In this document: piece by piece, positions 53,501 to 60,162 of the stretch
How positions within the stretch are numbered: position 1 is the stretch's first letter
Layout: each line of letters begins with the position of its first letter
NCBI GenBank assembly: GCA_002633005.1
Contig: NMRA01000097.1
Span: forward strand, 579,273-643,272
DNA from: Phoronis australis
Taxonomy: Eukaryota; Animalia; Phoronida
Direction of reading: 5' to 3'
Length of the DNA stretch: 64,000 bases
Position numbers and translations under genes: made by a program
Notes under the pieces: model-generated
Databases searched by the model: none
The model's input: the letters and a program-made list of their open reading frames with translations, nothing else
Told to the model about the DNA's origin: nothing

Positions 53501-56014
53501 GTAAGCTTTTCGATCTGGAGCCTGTGAAGTTTCCTGTTGCAGTGTTCCAAGACTGATTAGAAAACTGGACACGTAGGCAACATTTGAAGACATTAGGCAA
53601 GATTGGGTGGGATTGTTGTGTGGTGTGCTATGAATTCCGCCATATTCTTTGAACGTCGGTTTCATTACTTTAGCCAATGAGAAGCCATCAATAATGTTAA
53701 ACAACATTCCAAGGTGCTACCTTTGGTGGCACTGTGAAAGAGTGTAACGTTTTCTATGACACTCGCCCTGTCGCCAGTTTTGTTGTGAGACTGGTTACAA
53801 AGCAAAAAGTCACCTTAAGAATGTCGTTTGGTTAAAAACAAGTCCTCCAGATTATATAAGATATCCAATATCCCATTCAAGGGTTCTCTTAGCTGAGACC
53901 GTGGGCTGCACAGCTCTACAATATTGATTTGTTTAAAATGCGTAACTTATCAATTTTCAGTGAATATTATCCTTTGTTGACATCAAGTAGGTTTCAATCA
54001 AAAGTTGTTCATTTTGCTCTAGAATTTTGAGAATAAAAGCTTTTCGACAGGGATGATAAAATAACAGACGAATTTCAGCGAAACTTTTGAATAGATGTAC
54101 ATGTATTTGACGGTAATGCGCTTATACCATTTGACTTTCTGGTGTGTTGCAGCATTCCTAGGGATCGTTTGAAGATTATAGCCGCTACAGAGTTTGGGTA
54201 GATACCAAGAAGTGTTTCGTTGTCGTTAATTGTGTAATATTTTGTATTTGTCAAACCAAGTGATTTCTTTAGGAAGAGAAGTATAATATACCTTCTCGTC
54301 ATCTTTGGACGCCTGACGTCTTTTCTCTTTGAAACTTGGTTTACTTCTTTGTTGTAGATGTTGGAAATCGTTTATTTTTTAAACTTTTTTATTTGGGTAT
54401 TGATTTTAAATAGTGAGGTACCAAGCCTTTTTGCCAATTCTTACTATTACAGTTTCCCCTTTTGGTCCAAATCGATGTTGTCTTCTTGTACTTGACATAA
54501 AATTGACAAGCATCTCTACAAATTTACCATTTGCGGTGCACTACAGACGTGTATTAATGCCTAGCGTAGCTTTATTTGGTGGGCCCCAAAGACAGCGAGC
54601 CCCACCGGTCCTCCTTGGGGGTCACGAATACATTTTTCTGCTTTTTGTGAATCAGTTGATATACAACCACGACCACCCCCACCAAAACCACTGCTAATAC
54701 ACCCACCACCACAACCCGCACCACTACCACCACCACCCCCATCAAAACCACTGCTACTACTACCACCCNCTCTAGTTATTGCAGATTTACCGAATAGCCC
54801 CATTGCAAGGGGCCCGTGTTTGCCAAGGGTCGTAAGTTTTTTCGTAGCTAAGGTCGTTAATTTTGTTAAGTTCAGCACAATTCAGTGTGGCTAAGCAGCG
54901 GTAAAAAACCTTAATAATTCTGGGGCCATTTTCTCAAGGGTGGTAACTTCGTAAGTCTTATTTTACCCACGAAAGTCTTTAATTTGATTTCAGATGCACC
55001 CATTTCGTTGTGGCTAGCGAATGCTGCCAAAACGTCTGAGTATTACTAATCCTCAACATAACGCCATTTGCAATGTTCGTCTCTTATAAAACGCAGTATC
55101 GAGTCTATAATAACATTGGTACTGTTGTGATAGCTAGGGCGTGACTTTCGACCTTCGGTGAACGGGCTCAGGTACTAGAGTCATACATATCTCCTAGAAT
55201 ATCCAATGGCACACAGTGGTTGACATTTTAGGGGGTGTCTGGCATATTGTCTGTCATGGGGCATTTAGTGATCAGTAGCACGTATTAAATCACATGGAAT
55301 TGTTTTTGTGGGACCTCGAATGTATGAGCTACTTCATTTTGGGGGCGGGTCCTGTTTTGGTTTCTGCCCGACCCATTCCAGAGTGCAATTTTTCTATCAC
55401 GGGTCATTCGGTGTTCAGTGTGGTACTTGGCCAGTACCTCGAATATCTAATCTTGCTCGTTTTGGCCCCCATGTAAGGTCCGCAAAGGACATACCCAGAG
55501 TGCAGACAGCGGCAAACGTCCATTTCTGTATCTACTGAGGTGAACTCTAAGTGCTCCTATGGCCAGATGTCGGTACCTCGTTCATCTGTGCTAAGTGCTC
55601 TGGGCTGTCGGTCCATAACCAAGAGACATACCTTATGTGAAAATAAGCCCGGTTACATAATATTTTTAGGTAACAGTCTGACGCTTGCGTTTAACGCTGA
55701 CGGGATAGACCTCGACCCTGCTTTGAGCTTGCACACGGTTGTTTCCGGCGACAGAGTCGTCATTACGTGCTGGACAACCACACCGGCCAATCACGTGATT
55801 GTGAACGTGACACAGTCTATGCAAGGTTTGATCTCGGCCGTGAACCACACATGGATGGGATCTTACCCGTGGTACAACCACTCGAGAACTCTTACTTTCC
55901 ATGAGGTCACGCCAGCCCATGACCTAATGACTATTAATTGCACTGCCAGCCATCCTCAGTTTACGGCCGACAGAAGAACTGATCTAACTAAAATGCTTAT
56001 CATCCGGGTCAGAT
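9120..56014 (+). CDS. Spliced gene (20 exons found, incomplete at both ends) for a large secreted or cell-surface protein: signal-peptide end + Cys-rich EGF/EB-like region + 18 tandem Ig-like domains
   Basis: All 20 exons have AG/GT boundaries, are phase 1-1 and have lengths divisible by 3. They join into one stop-free frame of 6507 nt. Ig Cys pairs, (F/Y)GP linkers formed across junctions and many NxS/T sequons are present. Confidence 0.88.
10025..10327 (+). mobile_element. MITE family copy 1 (homologous to 48321-48569)
   Basis: Shares ttggcgaagtgggcaaaaaggtcc..cgagacaaaagtc..caaaaattcgagccc with the reverse complement of 48321-48569. Confidence 0.7.
10577..10714 (+). CDS. Exon: EGF/EB-like 6-Cys module
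   Basis: ttccag|AC..A|gtgggt, 138 nt; ITNVPCVDGGTLCNPLDLKYECNTTQQQCFCPVGFEVDVSSNRCK. Confidence 0.85.
11105..11422 (+). CDS. Exon Ig1 (A-like, lacks canonical Cys pair)
   Basis: tttcag|AG GGA CCC..T|gtaagc, 318 nt; GPTVISL..FKYETDEVYPNSNFNW..TISAINGVG. Confidence 0.8.
13961..14314 (+). CDS. Exon Ig2 (type A-like)
   Basis: catag|AC GGA CCG..G|gtaagc, 354 nt; GPTTL..FYCQSD..NVTCEVFN. Confidence 0.88.
15864..16274. mobile_element. Palindromic MITE-like element
   Basis: Left arm ttctaatctttt..aaactcga..ctacttttgtgcgaactcaagataagtg is the inverse of right arm cacttgtctcgagtttgcataaagtag..aaagattagatt. Confidence 0.7.
16940..17278 (+). CDS. Exon Ig3 (type B)
   Basis: ctcag|AT CTT..T|gtaagt, 339 nt; YVALCEVITSVPEV..FGCIVSHENIED. 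Confidence 0.88.
17584..18830 (+). mobile_element. Kolobok-like THAP transposon derivative with ~230-bp inverted arms
   Basis: ~17584-17815 is the inverse of ~18520-18740. Right terminus ..gccttcgcct|TTAA. Contains THAP and KFIV..LLELFRRCLVC..CVSGHSGKWDS motifs. Confidence 0.75.
17766..18530 (+). pseudogene. Frameshifted THAP-domain transposase N-terminus
   Basis: MPRFCCVPGC..RFPKDDTLRRTW (one frame), YRVCGKHF..RLKKGTIPSL (second frame), then a CxxC..CxxGH zinc-finger motif; no catalytic domain. Confidence 0.8.
18867..19202 (+). CDS. Exon Ig4 (type B)
   Basis: ttacag|TT TCA..T|gtaagt, 336 nt; YVLRCQIRSELPNV..FNCSVGHEIVEE. Confidence 0.88.
19631..19882 (-). pseudogene. Degenerate THAP-like domain relic
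   Basis: MPTKYCCCAVGCNSE..LKFFAVP resembles a THAP N-terminus; the C-terminal CxxH is lost. Confidence 0.5.
20191..20589 (+). CDS. Exon Ig5 (type A; missed by the ORF track)
   Basis: ttccag|TT GGG CCT..G|gtaagt, 399 nt open; GPKNLTL..VTCKTDSVE..FNADLTVHDQNITCEAWN. Confidence 0.88.
22111..22461 (+). CDS. Exon Ig6 (type B)
   Basis: tttcag|cag tandem (NAGNAG) acceptor, T|gtaagt, 351 nt; YIARCVIESEIPEV..FSCNCSHNIVHE. Confidence 0.87.
22747..22940 (-). mobile_element. Putative 3' LTR (194 bp)
   Basis: On the minus strand it starts TGTAATA just after the integrase stop and ends ACACAACA. It has an AATAGA polyA-like signal; the PPT is degenerate. Confidence 0.55.
23000..23342 (-). mobile_element. 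Ty3/Gypsy integrase C-terminal fragment
   Basis: PGMIIEQRGPVSFSVELPDKRIWRRHVDHI..TRSGRKSIQPDRL matches the Gypsy integrase tail pattern; truncated at the N at 23343. Confidence 0.8.
23400..23500. repeat. Inverted microsatellite (GTAT/GGAT)n..(CATC/CATA)n
   Basis: Directly visible, self-complementary. Confidence 0.9.
23538..24031. repeat. 26-28-bp minisatellite, ~19 copies (aacctcctaccctaaacaagtatgta)
   Basis: Directly visible tandem array. Confidence 0.95.
24691..25020 (+). CDS. Exon Ig7 (type A)
   Basis: ttgcag|TT GGG CCG..G|gtatgt, 330 nt; YRVTCEINDTFP..ASVDYHKGRIVCSADN. Confidence 0.88.
25975..26580. repeat. Diverged direct duplication, ~370-bp period
   Basis: ttcatcaat..agatat.caaaaatcgt..ctgcaactaa..tcgatttt.gtagatacataaaca.gtaaatc occurs at ~25978 and ~26343. 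Confidence 0.8.
26888..27050. repeat. Perfect 15-bp tandem repeat GGTAACCACTTTCAT, ~11 copies
   Basis: Directly visible, no mismatches. Confidence 0.97.
29300..31420 (+). mobile_element. 5'-truncated, decayed non-LTR retrotransposon (RT + RNase H + C-terminal zinc finger), Loa-like
   Basis: QYAYRAGFSTETALH, RGTPQGG, QAYADDI, YLGVTL, VGKTWGLSP, QRLACLCVT..TPTAAME, YTDGSK, SDNQAAI, HVGIDGNE, TGHC..CPNC..ETPQHLVEICP. Confidence 0.92.
31581..31919 (+). CDS. Exon Ig8 (type B)
   Basis: cttatag|TC ACT..T|gtaagt, 339 nt; YTAECSTHSELPNIKIRW..LACKVRHPRLED. Confidence 0.88.
32965..33094 (-). mobile_element. tRNA-derived SINE head (CORE-like)
   Basis: Minus strand: A-box-like gtggttttagtg, B box ggttcgagt, then CORE-like gacccttgggtcaggttgctagcacctcag. 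Confidence 0.55.
33434..35399. mobile_element. DNA transposon with perfect 16-bp TIR (CAGTGGCGGATCTACG), spanning the assembly gap; possibly hAT-like
   Basis: TIRs at 33434 and ending at 35399, flanked by direct AGCTA. Possible TTF-type zinc-finger relic on the minus strand at ~34030-34210. Confidence 0.8.
34420..35330. other. Assembly gap (911 N)
   Basis: Run of N. Confidence 1.
36026..36415 (+). CDS. Exon Ig9 (type A)
   Basis: atcag|TT GGA CCT..G|gtaagc (in-frame alternative donor after 36409), 390 nt; YNISCVTDS..ADVSVHHKFLKCCARN. Confidence 0.87.
37468..37800 (+). CDS. Exon Ig10 (type B)
   Basis: tttcag|CT GAA..T|gtgagt, 333 nt; YIGECSTLSVVPDVQVSW..LTCCVSHNVVKE. Confidence 0.88.
38282..38526 (+). 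mobile_element. MITE-like repeat; inverse copy at 62847-63064
   Basis: aactgacttagttaagacaaat..aaatttgtctcaa matches the reverse complement of ttgagacaaattt..ttgtcttagctaagtcagtt. Confidence 0.65.
38819..39160 (+). CDS. Exon Ig11 (type A)
   Basis: caatag|TT GGC CCT..G|gtaagt, 342 nt; VTCTTDSVNP..HGGENY..LVCEFSN. Confidence 0.88.
40007..40354 (+). CDS. Exon Ig12 (type B)
   Basis: tttcag|CT GAT..T|gtgagt, 348 nt; YQLQCDVKT..VAW..LSCSGSHSVVWE. Confidence 0.88.
40496..41906. mobile_element. TA-flanked non-autonomous DNA transposon (Tc1/mariner-like termini) with TCACG subterminal arrays
   Basis: TA|cagccactgaatttttagac ... gtctaataattcagtgactg|TA; the inverted symmetry extends into the flanking catgtacagta. 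Confidence 0.75.
42111..42488 (+). CDS. Exon Ig13 (type A)
   Basis: ttgtag|AT GGT CCC..T|gtacgg, 378 nt; YRVSCTTNEVN..NGGTVY..ADLSIHDQSLRCKSFN. Confidence 0.86.
45627..45995 (+). CDS. Exon Ig14 (type B)
   Basis: ttgtag|CC CGG..T|gtacgt, 369 nt; YTAICRFRTDIP..LRW..LKCEAQHDIVME. Confidence 0.87.
46039..46107. repeat. 69-bp mini inverted-repeat element; related copy at ~777-875
   Basis: catgggcggcacacca..tggtgcgccgcccatg. Confidence 0.6.
47463..47804 (+). CDS. Exon Ig15 (type A)
   Basis: ttgcag|TT GGG CCT..G|gtgaag, 342 nt; YTLICSTDNVN..FGGKNF..ATVEMHHVNVSCKSHN. Confidence 0.87.
48321..48569 (-). mobile_element. MITE family copy 2 with short TIR
   Basis: Ends catgcgcgcaccc ... gggtgctcgcatg; internal homology to 10025-10327. 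Confidence 0.75.
49455..50622. repeat. Inverted repeat pair (~45 bp) with TGACGTCA core, probably inner arms of a larger foldback element
   Basis: aatcacaggcgcttgggtttatcgcaaatgacgtcactca versus tgagtgacgtcagttgcgataaacccaagcgcctgtgatt; (TA)n tract at ~50529-50574. Confidence 0.75.
51746..52078 (+). CDS. Exon Ig16 (type B)
   Basis: ttcaag|GC AAA (in-frame alternative start 51758)..T|gtaagc, 333 nt; YIIICSTVVNLPDVRLRW..IVCTASHDTVRE. Confidence 0.85.
53153..53500 (+). CDS. Exon Ig17 (type A)
   Basis: ttcaag|TT GGT CCT..A|gtaagc, 348 nt; YTIHCITDSFN..NGGRTL..ADTVHGFRFYCSSAN. Confidence 0.87.
55670..56014 (+). CDS. Exon Ig18 (divergent type B)
   Basis: ttttag|GT AAC..T|gtaagc, 345 nt; VITCWTTTPA..INCTASHPQF. 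Confidence 0.86.
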
Positions 56015-56164
56015 GTAAGCCTTCTTTAGTCGGTTGATTACTCTTGCACTTAGAAATTTCTGATGCCTGTACGTTATTTAATGAATTCTTTCTGAAGCCA
56101 TGGAACGCAGTAATCAGCTCAAGTAAAATACCAAGAGCCTTATCCCTGAATTTAGTTTATGTAG

Positions 56165-56970
56165 AAACTTATTGAAAAGTCTATGTATTATGCCAAAAGT
56201 CTAGAATAACTGGGTAAATGTATATATTTTCTGAAAGCAGAAAGCCCATAGGTTTTGATATTTGATTTTTTACCAATCTGCCATGATGTCACGTGACCGT
56301 GTTTTAGAAAATTTAGTAAAAAGGAATGGTACAATGGTATCAAATTTTATTGTCTGAATATTCAAAACGAGATATCGAATAGTGTTCTAAAATATCATTT
56401 CTTTTTCGTTTTATGAAACTGAAAGTTATGTATTATTCGGCTGGAAAAATGTTCAAGTTTGTCTAGCTTCGGAACTACACATGTCAAAAATGGATGATTG
56501 CGTTGTCACGAAACTTACAGACACTACTTGTATGCTCTGCCCACCGTTCTCGAGAGATCTGTCAAAAATAGCTTTCAATACGTTCCACATTTTCATGACC
56601 AGCTATCGAAATAGGATTTTGTGATTTTATGACGGGAAGCAAAAGTTGCACTAAATGAAAACTAAACAATACATGGAATAGAAAAATGTAACAGCGGCTC
56701 TGAAATTTTATCTTGAACATTTGTACTAAACAAATTTTGGCCCCGTTACTAATACCGTCGTTTTGACGTGACGGGTACTTTTCCTTTTTTGCTGAATTTC
56801 ATCAGAAAACATAGGCTCTTGACCCAATGAATGACATATTGTTAAGAAGACAAATATCAAATTCTACGGGTTTTTTACTATAAGAAAATGTAAATGTTTA
56901 CATAGTTAGAATATACACATGTTGTTTTTTACATATTTGACTAAAGACACAGACTTCGTCTGTAAGCCTT
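56165..56970. mobile_element. Old imperfect foldback/MITE
   Basis: aagtctatgt..attttctgaaagcagaaagcccataggttttgatatttg is the inverse of caaatatcaaattctacgggttttttactataagaaaatg..acacagactt. Confidence 0.55.
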
Positions 56971-59135
56971 TTACTTAACCTTAACCAATTAGATATGAAA
57001 ATCATAAAAGTTCAAATTGGATACATGTAGCTCGTCACGTGTTTCGGAGAGCAGTCCATAACGCACAGTGCCATTTCTGCCACGATTGGGAATTTTTCTA
57101 AGTTCCTGCATAATCTTAGCCCAATGTGAGCCTCATCCCCTAAACTCAGTCATACATGATACCAGTACAAATATGCAGGTTTGTTCGAAGAGTACTAAGT
57201 GATTGTTCAATTTTCTAGCATAGCTTTGACTGCGGAGGTAAGACCCAGGTTTAAACGATTTCTCATGTGTACCAGTTTCAATGTCTTCCTGTGTCCTTGC
57301 GCATTTCGTGCACTATCAAAGCTCAAAAGTTTTCAATTTCTGTATGCTCAAGCTCAAAAGTGTGCAATTTCTGTATGCACTACCACAACTATCCTATTAT
57401 TAAGAACATGGTTTGACACCAAAACAACTGCTTTTCAACACAAAGAATAGCACTCTATGAAACTGTTGTGCAAGGGAGGTTTCATCCGCGGCGCGCGGTT
57501 AATTAGAGAAGCCCTGCAGTTAATGATCTTATCGGAATTCATGAATTTTTAACTGAACCACATATATGATTGAAATGTGATTGGCGGTGGCTATCTCAAT
57601 GACAGAATGGCAAGAACACTTGGAATGGAAGTCTTCTGAACTTGGCTTCCAACTGTACAGTGTTTTTCATTCATATAATGTATGTTGATCTTTTGAAATA
57701 ACAGTAAATCCAAGGTACCAAGAAGTGTTGCCTGAAAAGCAGAATGAACATATTCTTTCGGTACTTCGTTATCGCAAGCTAATTCTACCATGTTTTGGTC
57801 ACTGTATCTGTGAAATGAAAGATGAAATCTGAGGACGATTATAATTTAATCATTTAGGTGCTCCACACTACAAATTATAATCAAGTGCTATATATTTGGT
57901 TTCTACAGTGAATGACTTTGAAGATAGATGAGGGTTACATCTACTGCGTATGAGTCAAAACTGAAATAATCTCAGTAAAGTTAATACATGTTGGCCTGTG
58001 TAAACCAAAATGATCTACCCTTTACCATAATAAGTAATTTAGAATACGCAATATTTTAGAACATTTAAGCATTACAAATGTTACCCAACAGCACGACAGA
58101 TTACATAATATGGAAATGACATGCCTATTACCATGGCAATCGGGTATTTCTTTACACTAGAATTCGATAACAATGATTAAAAAATAAGGAGTTGCAAGGA
58201 TTGGGGACTTGAAGTTTCACAATCTAACATAGCCTATTTCTCTAATTAAGAGTTTCCAATTGTTGTTGCCTTGATGACTTGAAGTAAGAAAACAACAAGT
58301 TACAAAACATCAATTTAAAACGCAGTTGAGACGTAAAATTTAGAAAAAATGTGAATTATATTGTGACACATAATCACACCTTGGAGAGCTATTGACTTTC
58401 AAACAAAAATGATTTCAAATTTATTACACCTATTTTTAGCTGAGTGGGATATTCACAGCAAAATAGTTAGAATATTTCTTATATTTTTGCACAAAAACTT
58501 AAAAATTAGGCAAAGTTGCTCTTTACAATAGCGCTCATCAAAATGTATCAATGTTAAATCTTCATCAATTTAATTACAAAATAGATGATTGAACATGCCT
58601 TTCAGTCACCGTGTTGTCGGTACCGCCGGAAATGAGTCCAACGGGAATTGTGAGCACATTTATCACTCCATAAGTAACGTCTGCGAGGCTAAAAACTGGT
58701 GAAAAATGTTGAATAGCGCAGAGTAGTAGGTAAAGATATTTCTCACTTGTCATCGTAAATTATTTGTGAAAATAATTTGTACACAGTTTTAAACTGGTAA
58801 CTGATGCCGCTGTCGTTCAAGATGGCCGACTCGAAATGACTCAAATTTCGCCACAAAAATTACCAATAATTTTGCACTGATTAACCTGATTTTGATAACT
58901 TTTCATTTTTGTTGCGTGCGATGCATTATCGTTCCTCTTACAAATATATTTTTGCAAAAAATAGTAATTCAAAGAAAGGCAATCTACTGGCTACTTCTAG
59001 CACTTAATCCTTTCCGTCAGTGTCCGTCGATGCTATCCGCCATTTTAATGTGAGGTTACAATACAAGCCTAAGGCTTACATGTACTAGCTTCCGAAAAGA
59101 GATGGCACGTGCCGTTTCGAATACTCTCTAAAAGT

Positions 59136-59671
59136 TCAATTATCCTGGTTTACAACCATACTCTGATAGCAGGCTGTCGTCCTCGAAGCAGTCCACAGAA
59201 AAATGTTCGCTACATAACACCGAATACAGCCAGACTCCATAGCCTTCCCTCCTGCGACGCAGTCTTGGATGAGTGGGAAACTTAATATGCATGTATTGTC
59301 ACAGCCTCCAACTATACAACGGTCCGTCATTCTTCGTCAAATATTTATTTCAGTTAAATTAAAAATCAGTCTAAATTCGAAAAAAACAAAAGTACTCCTT
59401 TTGGCACAAAACAATGATCACTATGGACAGACTCGGCAATGATCGGGTCACGTTTCTGGTGTAGCGTATTTTCCGAAGATAGCAGACGCTGACGATTTTA
59501 ATTTTTTTCAAAATTTTGTGGAGTAGTGGGAGCGTTTTTTAAACAAATTATAGACGAATATTCAGGGTGAAATAAAAAGAAATGAGCTTCATAAGCAAAC
59601 TTTATTAATAGTCAACACATGCCATTACACGTACATATCAACAACAACTAAATAGCTTTCACCCGCTCACT
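59136..59671 (-). mobile_element. Kolobok-like end with degenerate THAP ORF (59330 toward 59136)
   Basis: MTDRCIVGGCDNT..SFP; minus-strand terminus TTAA|AGTGAGCGGG. Confidence 0.55.
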
Positions 59672-60162
59672 TTAAAGTGGCATGGACCGCGAAAACTCGT
59701 GAAAAATACGTTTTAAACGATCCCTAACGAAAGTACCTTCATTCAACCTTTACTAAAAAGTTATTCACTTCCCCCTGAGAAGGAATTTCCAGAAAAAAAT
59801 TGACCCAATTCATGGTTTTTGAAAGAAGTACGAAGAAAATCCTGTATGGTAACCACCTATACCTGCCAATCTTCCTCTCACTCATGATAAATGCGCGCAT
59901 GCGCTCAGTCATTCGACAAACGAACAGCTGATTCAGTGTCAAGAGTGTTGTGGAGTGAATACTTTGCCACCCAATGTGCTTTATACCTCGTGCCGTGTAT
60001 TTTGTGCCTACATGTACCTCTACGATTCTTCATGATTGGACCATTACTTGAGATTTGATCATCCTGATCTGCAGTGGACTATTATTCATTTACACTATGT
60101 GAGTGAGGACTGTCCTGCTCTAATAATCGCAGGCGCGGTTTTGCAAGACAAAACGAGACAAG

